In this document: positions 1-8,546 of the stretch, piece after piece
Layout: each line of letters opens with the position of its first letter
How positions within the stretch are numbered: position 1 is the stretch's first letter
Assembly (NCBI GenBank): GCA_947626875.1
Contig: CANQTV010000001.1
Location: forward strand, 98,924-162,923
Source: an uncultured Clostridia bacterium
Lineage (GTDB): Bacteria; Bacillota; Clostridia; TANB77; CAG-508
Length of the DNA: 64,000 nucleotides
Direction: 5' to 3'
Notes under the pieces: model-generated
What the model was told of the DNA's origin: nothing
What the model saw: the letters and a program-made list of their open reading frames with translations, nothing else
The model's database searches: none
Position numbers and translations under genes: made by a program

Positions 1-1254
1 GTCAATATCTCCTGCTACATATTTAGCTACATATTTAGTAAATTCTTTAAATATGTCTTTTGCTAAATTTTGATAAATAATTTTAACATTTCCGTTTATA
101 GATTTTCTTCCAATATCAAATTTTAATGTTGCATCTTCAAATATAATAAATATATTTGGCCAATATCCTGTTTTTCCTGAACTTGGATTGTCTATTGTTA
201 TTCCTGTTGGCATTCCTTTTACTGATGTATATATTCCTGGTCTGTGTATTGAAAAAATTCTTTTTTCTATCTCTTCTTCATCATCGATCATTTCTTCTTT
301 TAATAAATTGTCTCTTACTGATAATACGTTCCATGTTTTTCTTTGTGGTACAAAACATGCCCAATATTTGATTTTTCTATATCCTTTGTAATTAATTTCG
401 TCTTGTTTATATATAATTTTATCTTTTAAGTATTCTCTTTTTTCTCTGTCTGATTTGCTAGAATCTGAAAATTGTGTTTCAAAAACTGTTAAATCACATA
501 AACTACCCTTATCTCCATTTAAATTTTCTATTGGTAATAAATACTTATATGGTAAGATTTCTTCATGTTTATTTCCATATAAATCTATCATTTTTAAATA
601 AATTTTTATTTTATTTGTTTCTTCAAATATATTTAATACATTTCCTACTGCTGTTTTTGTTCTTATTATGTATTTCATTGATGGAAAATCTAATTGAAAT
701 AATTCTTCATTTTTCACTCCTGTTACTGTTATTTCTGTACCATTTATGTTTTCTTCATTGTTTTGAACTTCCAATTTTAATATTTCGTTATTTGAGCTTT
801 CTTTCCATTGTTTTGCATTATTGATTATCATAAATGATGGCTCATTTGTTTCTAAATAATTTGTTTTTATTGTAAATTTATTGCTTTGAAATATTACATA
901 TTTCAGACCTACACCTTTTTCTCCTATTTCTGCATAACTGTTTTCTTTGTCTGTAGAAAATGGTTTTAATAATATTGGTATTTTTTCTTTTTTTATCCCA
1001 ATTCCTGTATCTTTAACTTTAATTGTTCCTGTTGTGCAATCAATTTCTATATGAATTTCTTCGTCTTTTTCTCCTACTTCTAATTTATTTCCTTGTTGTT
1101 CTAAAGTTTGTTTTTTCTTTGTTATTGCATCTACACTATTTTGTAGTAGTTCCGCTAGTATATCCCAAAAATTGTTATAGCTGTCATCTATCCCTTTTAT
1201 ACTTTTTCTTATGCTACTAATATCTGGTTGCAAAAAATCAATATAGTTTTCCAT
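1..1254 (-). CDS. GHKL-type ATPase (HATPase_c_3 / MORC-Hsp90-like), first ~418 codons; 3' end lies beyond the window
   Basis: Absent from the ORF track because it runs off the left edge. ATG at 1254-1252 is preceded by AAGGAG. Translation MENYIDFLQPD... contains the Bergerat N-box ELLQNSVDA, the G1 box DTGIGI, and GEKGVGLK. Confidence 0.7.
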   Translation of the reverse strand, partial: MENYIDFLQPDISSIRKSIKGIDDSYNNFWDILAELLQNSVDAITKKKQTLEQQGNKLEVGEKDEEIHIEIDCTTGTIKVKDTGIGIKKEKIPILLKPFSTDKENSYAEIGEKGVGLKYVIFQSNKFTIKTNYLETNEPSFMIINNAKQWKESSNNEILKLEVQNNEENINGTEITVTGVKNEELFQLDFPSMKYIIRTKTAVGNVLNIFEETNKIKIYLKMIDLYGNKHEEILPYKYLLPIENLNGDKGSLCDLTVFETQFSDSSKSDREKREYLKDKIIYKQDEINYKGYRKIKYWACFVPQRKTWNVLSVRDNLLKEEMIDDEEEIEKRIFSIHRPGIYTSVKGMPTGITIDNPSSGKTGYWPNIFIIFEDATLKFDIGRKSINGNVKIIYQNLAKDIFKEFTKYVAKYVAGDID

Positions 1255-1354
1255 TTTTTCTCCTTTCTTATACTATTTTTATGTTTACCATATCTTATCA
1301 TGTTTTTATTTTTTATGCAATATTTTACTAAAAGTTTTTTATTTACTTTTTAGT

Positions 1355-1708
1355 TTACTTCCATTTTTTCCAAATTTCTTCTTTAAAACCAATCAATATT
1401 CCCTTGTCTGATATTAATAATGGTCTTTTTATTAGCATGCCATCACTTGCTAATAGTTCTATTTTTTGTTTATCACTCATGTCTTTTAATTTTTCTTTTA
1501 AATTTAGTTCTTTGTATTTTAATCCACTTGTATTAAACCATTTTTTTATTTCTTGTCCGCTTTTGTTTATCCATTCACTTAGTTCTTTGATTGTTGGTGT
1601 ATTTTCAATTATATTTCTGTCTGTGTATTCAATATTGTTGTCTTCTAGCCATTTTTTTGCTTTCTTACATGTAGAGCATTTTGGGTATTCTATAAAAATA
1701 TTTTTCAT
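1355..1708 (-). CDS. ArsC/Spx-family thiol reductase-like protein
   Basis: 117 aa with N-terminal CSTC (CxxC) motif; length and KRPLLI region are typical of the ArsC/Spx/YffB fold. Confidence 0.75.
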   Translation of the reverse strand: MKNIFIEYPKCSTCKKAKKWLEDNNIEYTDRNIIENTPTIKELSEWINKSGQEIKKWFNTSGLKYKELNLKEKLKDMSDKQKIELLASDGMLIKRPLLISDKGILIGFKEEIWKKWK

Positions 1709-1786
1709 TTTATTTTTTCTCCTTTTTTATTTGATAGCTTTGATCATTTTCCACAATTATATCACAATATGTTAATTATTTGAATA

Positions 1787-3247
1787 CTAATATTCTACAC
1801 TCTCATCAATCCATTTCTCCATTTCTTCAGTTAAGCATCTTATCTCTGTTCTTGAAATAGCAGGAACTTGATAATCATGTATTGATTTTATTGTTTCAAC
1901 AATTTCATTTATTTTATCTGCCCTTGTTCTAAACTCAAGCTTAAATTCTTCCTTTGTTTCTATTTTTCCTCCCCACCAATAATCTGATCTAACTTTAGAT
2001 ATTTGACTTCCTGCAACTAACTTTTTCTCCATTAGAGTTTTTGAAATTCTATCTGCTATTTCTTGTTTATCACATAATGTTGTTACAATATAATATAAAT
2101 AGTGATAATATTCAGGTTCATCCTCATCTTCGTCATCATAAAATTCATAACCTGCAAAGTCTTCAGGCTTATATCCATATTTCTGCAGTTCTTCATCATT
2201 TTCTATCTTTTTAATAATTTGTTTCGTTCTGCTTACAGGAAAAGGTACTTCAGCGCCTAAATAGTATTTTGCTTTTGTTACCAATGCTACGACATCATCT
2301 CCTGCCCTATTTACAAGCACTTTATCGCCTGCTTTAACAGATTTATCATCACTTAAATAATTATAGAAACCATATACGTCTAAATTATCAGTATATAATA
2401 CTGTTACATAATAGTATTCTTTATCAAAATCTTCAATTTTAGGCATTCTTGATTTCATATTGTTAGTATAAATATCATATATTATGCCTATATCCTCTGT
2501 TTTTCCGTTTTCTAAATCGTTAAATAAATCATAAGGTATTTCTTTCTTATCTTTTAAATAAACACTTGTCCAAAATCCTTTTAAGTCTGCTATTTCTTTT
2601 GCTTTTCTTAAACTATCTATTGAATACTTTTTTATATATCTTTCATTTAATATTTTTGCCATAGTTTTATCTATCATAAACTCAAATTCGTTTACTATTT
2701 TTATTACCTTTTCATTTTCTATATTAACTGACGGATTTTCTATAGTGAAATCTATATAAGCATCTAATAGATGTTTTGCTACTTCTCTTAATTCTACAAT
2801 GCCACAAATAGAAGAAAATTTTACAAAAGCATATCCTTTTTCATTATTATTTTCTAATTGAAAACCTGCAATTACAACTCCATATCCTTCCCAATTTTCA
2901 TATCTTTCAAGTAATTTTAGAGATGGTTGCTTTTTATCTATTAATTTCAGTTCTTCAGTTATTTTGCCTTTAAATGGATAGAACGTTACCCATTCTTTTA
3001 TGTATTTTGAGCAAAAAGGTTTTATTTTTATATCTGGATAATTATAATACTTTTCATTCTTTAAATTTAATAATTCTTTACATATAATGTGTTCTTTTGA
3101 AAATTCTTCTTTTCTCTCTATTAAAACTACTGATATTTTTTCGATATCATATAAGAAATAGTCATCAATTTCGTATTTTTTAAAATTCCAGAATTTCTTT
3201 TCAAGATATTTTTCAAATTCAATTAAAAATTCTTTAAAACTATTCAT
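1787..3247 (-). CDS. Hypothetical protein with C-terminal CutA1-like domain
   Basis: 486 aa. The last ~105 aa (YYIVTT...SDYWWGGKIE...HDYQVPAI) match the CutA1 pattern S.Y.W.G.I / H.Y..P.I. I do not recognise the N-terminal 380 aa. Confidence 0.6.
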   Translation of the reverse strand: MNSFKEFLIEFEKYLEKKFWNFKKYEIDDYFLYDIEKISVVLIERKEEFSKEHIICKELLNLKNEKYYNYPDIKIKPFCSKYIKEWVTFYPFKGKITEELKLIDKKQPSLKLLERYENWEGYGVVIAGFQLENNNEKGYAFVKFSSICGIVELREVAKHLLDAYIDFTIENPSVNIENEKVIKIVNEFEFMIDKTMAKILNERYIKKYSIDSLRKAKEIADLKGFWTSVYLKDKKEIPYDLFNDLENGKTEDIGIIYDIYTNNMKSRMPKIEDFDKEYYYVTVLYTDNLDVYGFYNYLSDDKSVKAGDKVLVNRAGDDVVALVTKAKYYLGAEVPFPVSRTKQIIKKIENDEELQKYGYKPEDFAGYEFYDDEDEDEPEYYHYLYYIVTTLCDKQEIADRISKTLMEKKLVAGSQISKVRSDYWWGGKIETKEEFKLEFRTRADKINEIVETIKSIHDYQVPAISRTEIRCLTEEMEKWIDESVEY

Positions 3248-3275
3248 TCATATCTCTCCTGACTTATTATTAATA

Positions 3276-3677
3276 TTAGTAGTTTTCCTCTTTTAAAATT
3301 TTATTAAATAGTTCTTTTGTGTTATCATATGTAATCGTTTTTATTGCATCTTGAAATGTCATCCATTTCATTGCTTTTATTTCACTTTCTTGATATTTTT
3401 CATTACCACTTATTTTCTTAGCAATAAAAAAAACAACTTGCTTATATGTGCCTTTATCTGTAATGTATTCCATTGTGTATCTTTTATTTTCATTTATTTC
3501 TACATCTAAATTTGTCTCTTCCTTTACTTCTCTTATTGCTGTTTCTATTTCTGTTTCACCAGCTTCCATATGTCCTTTGGGAAATCCCCAATGTCCTTTT
3601 GTTTGTTGAATTAAAAGTACTTTGTCTTTTTCTATAATAATGCATCCACATGATTTTTCTTTTTTTAAATTATTCAT
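3276..3677 (-). CDS. NUDIX hydrolase
   Basis: Nudix box GHMEAGETEIETAIREVKEETNL; overlaps the upstream gene by 4 nt. Confidence 0.85.
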   Translation of the reverse strand: MNNLKKEKSCGCIIIEKDKVLLIQQTKGHWGFPKGHMEAGETEIETAIREVKEETNLDVEINENKRYTMEYITDKGTYKQVVFFIAKKISGNEKYQESEIKAMKWMTFQDAIKTITYDNTKELFNKILKEENY

Positions 3678-4522
3678 CTTATAATCTCACTTTCAAAATA
3701 TTGTTCTTGAAAACTTGTTAGCTTTCTTATTTCTTCATCAGTGTAATTTTTTCCTTTTGGTACAACAATTAATTTGTCATCATCTTCATTATTTCTATGT
3801 ATTACCGCTATGCATTTTCCTTCGAAGTTTTCTATTGGTTTATTAATTCCTAAAACATAGCAATCTAATTCTTCTCCATCTCCACTTATTGTATTCGGTA
3901 CAAATCCATAATTTACTGGATATGTAAATCCATGTTTTGGATGTTTGCTATTAAGTGGTCTATCTATTTTTACTTGAACTGTATTTCCAATATAGTTATA
4001 TGATTTTTTCTGTTCTAAAGAAATTGCCTTATTGTATTCTTTTATTCCAAAATCAACTGTTGGAATAATTTCTTTATTTTTATACATTCTTATAAATTCC
4101 TCTATTGTAACCCATTTTGCATCTATTGACTCTCCATCTTGGAAAATTATATCTTTTAAATTTATATTTCTTCTAAACAGCCCTAAGTCTTTAAAGTCTG
4201 GCTGTAGTTTATCTCTTCGTATTTCTTTTAAAAATATCGCTTCTTTCTTGGAAAATTCAATTCCTAACTCTTCTTTTAATTCTCTAATAATCCCTTCTAA
4301 ACTTGTTTCTCCTGCTAAAATCGAACCACCGTTGCATTCCCACATTAGTCCAAATTTTTTGTGTTCCGCTCTTTTACTTATTAGAATTTCATTTTTAGAA
4401 TTCATTATAATTCCTGTTACTACAATATGATACTCTCCTTCTTTGAATTGATATACATTTCTTTCAGCGGTTCTTCCTGTTTTATTTCTATTTATATCAT
4501 ATATATCCCATAGTTCAGACAT
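3674..4522 (-). CDS. NUDIX hydrolase fused to an inorganic-pyrophosphatase-like domain
   Basis: N-terminal Nudix box GGSILAGETSLEGIIRELKEELGI. C-terminal YPVNYGFVP...GDGEELDCYVLG resembles the family I PPase core. Confidence 0.65.
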   Translation of the reverse strand: MSELWDIYDINRNKTGRTAERNVYQFKEGEYHIVVTGIIMNSKNEILISKRAEHKKFGLMWECNGGSILAGETSLEGIIRELKEELGIEFSKKEAIFLKEIRRDKLQPDFKDLGLFRRNINLKDIIFQDGESIDAKWVTIEEFIRMYKNKEIIPTVDFGIKEYNKAISLEQKKSYNYIGNTVQVKIDRPLNSKHPKHGFTYPVNYGFVPNTISGDGEELDCYVLGINKPIENFEGKCIAVIHRNNEDDDKLIVVPKGKNYTDEEIRKLTSFQEQYFESEIIR

Positions 4523-4554
4523 ATTATAATTCTCCTTGAAAATTTTTTATATTT

Positions 4555-5325
4555 CTATTTATATTTCTTTATTTCAATTATCATTTTCCCCTTTTTGTTA
4601 GTTCCAATACATTTGCATACAATAAATTTTCCTACTTTTCTAATCGCTAGTATATCATTTTCCTTTAATAGCCTTGATGCTTTATTTTCACATTTATCAT
4701 TTACAAAAACTTTTTCTTCTACTAATAATTCATTCGTCTTATTTCTTGAAATTTTTGCTAGTTCAGATACAATGCTATCTATTCTCATTGACGCTACAGA
4801 AATTTGTATTTTTTTGAATTCTTGCTCTTTTATTTTTGCTTCTTTATAATTAATAATTTCTATACTTGCTTTACTTAATCTTATAAAGTTTTTTAAGTGG
4901 TCAACTATATATTTTGCATTTTCTTCTAATACAAATATGTATGCTCCATTTTCACTGACATTTATATCTCCTATTCTGTTTCTATTTAATCCTGCTTTCA
5001 TAGCCATTCCTAAATAGTCTTTATGTGAATATTTTCCAATAACTTCTTTTGGAAGTGTTATTTTTATTGCTTTTATTATATTCTCTAAATTTTTTGTTAC
5101 TATCTCTAAATCGTATTTTTCAGGATATATTACAAGTACTTCTGCTTCTGCACCTTCATATCCTCCAAAAAATAAATAGTTTTTTATTTTTTGTTTATTT
5201 AATTCTTTTTGTATTATTTCTTTCTGATATTTGTTTAAAAATTCTGTATTTACTATTTTATTTCGCGTTTTACAAATTTTAATTTTGTCCAATAGTTTTG
5301 CTATTATTAATTTATCATTAATCAA
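4555..5325 (-). CDS. YlmH-like S4-domain RNA-binding protein
   Basis: 256 aa; C-terminal S4 motif MRIDSIVSELAKISRNKTNELLVEEKVFVN; overall YlmH architecture. Confidence 0.65.
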   Translation of the reverse strand: MINDKLIIAKLLDKIKICKTRNKIVNTEFLNKYQKEIIQKELNKQKIKNYLFFGGYEGAEAEVLVIYPEKYDLEIVTKNLENIIKAIKITLPKEVIGKYSHKDYLGMAMKAGLNRNRIGDINVSENGAYIFVLEENAKYIVDHLKNFIRLSKASIEIINYKEAKIKEQEFKKIQISVASMRIDSIVSELAKISRNKTNELLVEEKVFVNDKCENKASRLLKENDILAIRKVGKFIVCKCIGTNKKGKMIIEIKKYK

Positions 5326-5519
5326 GTCTTTTACTCCTTTTATGTTTATTATTGATTGATATGATTATATCATATTATATTAATTAATTACAGCTATTTC
5401 TGCTAAAACTTGTGTATTTATGCAAAGTTTTACCCATAATTGTAACCAAAATGTGACAATTTTACCAAAATAATAATAAAAAGCACATGCCAAAATCTAG
5501 CCTGTGCTTCTTATTCTTT

Positions 5520-5564
5520 TGGTTGCGTGGGTAAGATTCAAACTCTCTACCTTCGGGTTATGAG
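5520..5564 (-). pseudogene. Displaced, diverged 3' half of tRNA-fMet (far att repeat of island 1)
   Basis: tggttgcgtgggtaagattcaaactctctaccttcgggttatgag aligns to the 3' half of the intact tRNA at 24272-24316, and 16 bp are identical (5549-5564 = 24301-24316). An acceptor-stem and a T-stem mismatch indicate decay. The original tRNA terminator hairpin lies just downstream at about 5484-5519. Confidence 0.8.
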
Positions 5565-5681
5565 GGCTTGATAAGTGATTTTGAGAAATTTTGTTAACTT
5601 GAGTTTTTATTAGTTTTAATAGGGTTAGATTAAATTGGTGTAATTATGAATTTGGTTAAATTAGGTCATTTTTTGCAATAA

Positions 5682-5701
5682 TTGTCCCCAATTTGTCCCC
5701 A
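5682..5701 (+). repeat. Tandem TTGTCCCCA x2, putative integrase arm-type site (island 1, distal end)
   Basis: ttgtccccaatttgtcccca; the same doublet occurs at 24182-24201 in the same orientation. Both copies are ~100-130 bp inside the att cores. Confidence 0.5.
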
Positions 5702-5731
5702 AAAATTTTAATAAAAATGGAGGTTAAAAGA

Positions 5732-6035
5732 ATGAAAATTAATGATATTTTTAAAGATGTAGAAAGTGAAAATTTATTAGAAAAATGGTTAGAATTTAGA
5801 GAGGAAGATTTATGTCATATGGAGAAAGAAGATAAAAAAACACTTGCTTAACTTTGATAATTTTGCTAAGAGAATTTTGAAAAATACTACTAAAGAAGGT
5901 TATAATTATGTTTCTAAACAATTGGAATTTATGCATGATGACTTTATTGATTATTGTTCATATTGGAATAACAAATATTATATGAATGGGTTTAGCGATG
6001 CAATTAAGTTAATTTTAAGTGGATTGAAATTATAA
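5732..6035 (+). pseudogene. Small hypothetical protein (~101 aa if joined), split by a frameshift in an A7 run
   Basis: GGAGG lies 8 nt before the ATG at 5732. Frame 1 stops at 5849-5851, and ORF 5844..6035 continues in another frame. Removing one A from the A7 run at 5834-5840 joins them. Confidence 0.45.
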
Positions 6036-6039
6036 CACC

Positions 6040-6065
6040 AAAAGGCGAGTAAATTCTCGCCTTTT
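6040..6065. terminator. Bidirectional rho-independent terminator
   Basis: aaaaggcgag-taaatt-ctcgcctttt hairpin between convergent genes, with A-run and T-run flanks. Confidence 0.7.
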
Positions 6066-6075
6066 ATAATATTAT

Positions 6076-7617
6076 TCATTCATAATTTTTTATTTTTTCA
6101 AATATGTTCTCATCAAGTTTTCTTTTTATATCTCTTATATTATTAATACTTTCATAATCAATATCAATAACTTCTAAATATTCTGCGGGGGATAATGTAA
6201 TATTTACATCATTTTCTTTTAAGTCTTTTATAAGTTCTTCAACATATTTTACTGCGTATTTTTTCTTTTCATCTATTCTTAATGGCATAAATTCATACAC
6301 GCAATCCACTCTTGACTGAAATTCACTCGGAATTTGCTGGCAAAACTCTTTTTTGCTTATATTACTTGTGAATATTATTAAAAATCCATCTAAATCATGT
6401 TCATTGCTCATCGAATCTGTAAATTTACCATCTTCAAGTAGTTCTAAGAAAAAATTAAATATTGCTTTATTTGCTTTTTCAAATTCATCACATAGTATTA
6501 ATCCTATTTTATTCTTAGATAGTTTCACAGATAATTCTCCAGATTCACATCCTACATACCCTTTAGGGCTTCCTATCAAACTATTTAGTGCATCTTGACT
6601 ACTATAATTTCCAAAGTTTATTTTTATAAAATTATCATTACCTGAATTCAAATTTTTAGCAATTATTCTCGCTACTTCTGTTTTCCCTAATCCCGTACCT
6701 CCTAATAAGAAGATTGATAATACTTTTTTTCTCTTTAGCTTATTGAGAACAATAAAATTGTCTATTTTATTAGAAAAATCTTCTTTAAATTTGTTATGTC
6801 CGAATAACTCTTCTTTAATTGCTTTTTTCATTAAAATTAATTTCTGTTCTTCAATATTTACGATTGTAGTTTTACTATTTTCTTCGTAATCTGCATCATA
6901 AGAATTATTCAACTTTATATTATTGAATAATTTATTTATTTCTTCATCATATTCAAATGTAAACGGATAATTTTCTAATACTTTTTCTTTTAGATCTCTT
7001 CTAACAATTGCATCATAGTCTTCAAAATTATTTAATAGTTGCTCAAACATATATACTGTTTCTGGGGTATGATCATTTGCCAAAACTATACTAGTAATAT
7101 CTATCAATATTTTCATTTTATTTTCTTTTATCTTTCCAATTAATTCATTATTAATTTTTGAAAAGCTTATAAATATTATTTGATTTTGTTGACAATATTC
7201 AATAACTTTATTTAATTCACTTAAATTATTGTATGTATAAATTATTTTTCTATTTATTGCTAGTTTATCTTGTATACTTTCTTCATTATTTTCTAATAAA
7301 TTTAAACATTCACTCTTATCAAATAAGTTTCTTAATAAATCCAATACGTATTCCGCATACTTTTCATCCACTACTATTTTGGTTCCACTTGTTATATTAT
7401 ATAAATTCAATTCTACTGAATATACATTAGCTTTATCATTTCTAACAAATGGAATAATATTAGTTATATCTATTATCACATTTGAATTTTCTTCTAGTAA
7501 CTCTAATGTATCTTTAAATTTGAATTGTGTAAATAAAATATCTTCTTTATCACATTTCTCTAATAATATATTAAATTCTTTTATCCCTTTATATGTATAT
7601 ATAGTCCATCTATTCAT
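6076..7617 (-). CDS. ClpB-D2-like AAA+ ATPase with duplicated N-terminal domain (DolB-like candidate)
   Basis: Walker A LLGGTGLGKTE, Walker B LILCDEFEKA, sensor-1 IIFTSN, and IPSEFQSRVDCVYEFMPL (Clp PEFLNRID-like). N-terminus has two ~125-aa repeats (TIYTYKGIKEF...IIDITNI / IIYTYNNLSEL...LIDITSI). Overlaps the upstream gene by 8 nt. Confidence 0.7.
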   Translation of the reverse strand: MNRWTIYTYKGIKEFNILLEKCDKEDILFTQFKFKDTLELLEENSNVIIDITNIIPFVRNDKANVYSVELNLYNITSGTKIVVDEKYAEYVLDLLRNLFDKSECLNLLENNEESIQDKLAINRKIIYTYNNLSELNKVIEYCQQNQIIFISFSKINNELIGKIKENKMKILIDITSIVLANDHTPETVYMFEQLLNNFEDYDAIVRRDLKEKVLENYPFTFEYDEEINKLFNNIKLNNSYDADYEENSKTTIVNIEEQKLILMKKAIKEELFGHNKFKEDFSNKIDNFIVLNKLKRKKVLSIFLLGGTGLGKTEVARIIAKNLNSGNDNFIKINFGNYSSQDALNSLIGSPKGYVGCESGELSVKLSKNKIGLILCDEFEKANKAIFNFFLELLEDGKFTDSMSNEHDLDGFLIIFTSNISKKEFCQQIPSEFQSRVDCVYEFMPLRIDEKKKYAVKYVEELIKDLKENDVNITLSPAEYLEVIDIDYESINNIRDIKRKLDENIFEKIKNYE

Positions 7618-8527
7618 TTAATAATTTCTCATCCTTTTTCCTAGAAATTTTTCTTATTAGTTTTTGATACCATTTTATCTTTATTTGTTTTTCTTCTTTA
7701 AATTCTATATTTTGTATAATACCTATCACATCAATAAAATTATATTTAGTATTTTTCTTATTATCTTCCGTTTTTATATTTTTAGTTGGTGTTTCACTAC
7801 TTTGTATTACTTTTGTTTCTACCTTTAGACTTTTTTCACCAATATTCGTAAAATATTGAAAAGTGCTATCATATATTTCTGATCCCATTACCTTTTGTTT
7901 ATATACTCCTATAATAGATACTTTTCCTATCAACAAATCATATATACTATATTTGTTTTCAAATTCATTATCTAATTCCATTGGTATTTTTAATATGATT
8001 TGATCATTAATACCATCAACTTTCCCCTTTAATACATAACAATAATCACGTAACATACTTGAAATCAAGTTGTTCATATCCAATCCTTCGACAGAAAATC
8101 CTTTTAAAGCATCTTTTCGTAATAATTGTATCTCTCGTAGATTACTTTCCTCATAAATTGATAAATGCACATTGTCAATTTTAATCAAATCTCCTTCTTT
8201 AATTCCAGTATCTTTATATTCTTTACATTTTCTTTCTATTTGCCTTAATAGAATTGATTTTGTAGTCTTTACATTTAAAGTTTCTACCATTTTATTAGAT
8301 GATGTTATAGTTTTACCCTTTTCGGTTCCTGAAATAGCTTTTATCTTAGCCAGATATTCTCCACTATCTAATGCTGCTTCTGTAGATGAACTTTTTCTCT
8401 TGAAAATTTCTTTTTTTATTCCTTTTTCCTTCTCTAACTTTTCTGGAATTATATTATTTATCATCATTGCTATTTCATATACTTTGTTAAAATTTAAATA
8501 ATATATATTAAATGATTTGTTATCCAT
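7610..8527 (-). CDS. Hypothetical protein, partner of the ClpB-like ATPase (possible DolA/DUF6414-like)
   Basis: 305 aa with no motif I can name. Translationally coupled to the AAA+ gene. The pairing resembles the Dodola two-gene architecture as I recall it. Confidence 0.45.
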   Translation of the reverse strand: MDNKSFNIYYLNFNKVYEIAMMINNIIPEKLEKEKGIKKEIFKRKSSSTEAALDSGEYLAKIKAISGTEKGKTITSSNKMVETLNVKTTKSILLRQIERKCKEYKDTGIKEGDLIKIDNVHLSIYEESNLREIQLLRKDALKGFSVEGLDMNNLISSMLRDYCYVLKGKVDGINDQIILKIPMELDNEFENKYSIYDLLIGKVSIIGVYKQKVMGSEIYDSTFQYFTNIGEKSLKVETKVIQSSETPTKNIKTEDNKKNTKYNFIDVIGIIQNIEFKEEKQIKIKWYQKLIRKISRKKDEKLLNE

Positions 8528-8546
8528 ATCTTTTCCTACTTTCCCT

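Noticed and set aside
6326-6331. Plus-strand CTCGGA, the reverse complement of the TCCGAG shared by three frameshift sites, inside the ClpB-like gene.
   Set aside because: On the coding strand it reads ATT CCG AGT (I-P-S) within the conserved IPSEFQSRVD segment, so there is no frameshift and no CGG codon. It argues against a simple strand-symmetric motif artefact but is not a feature in itself.
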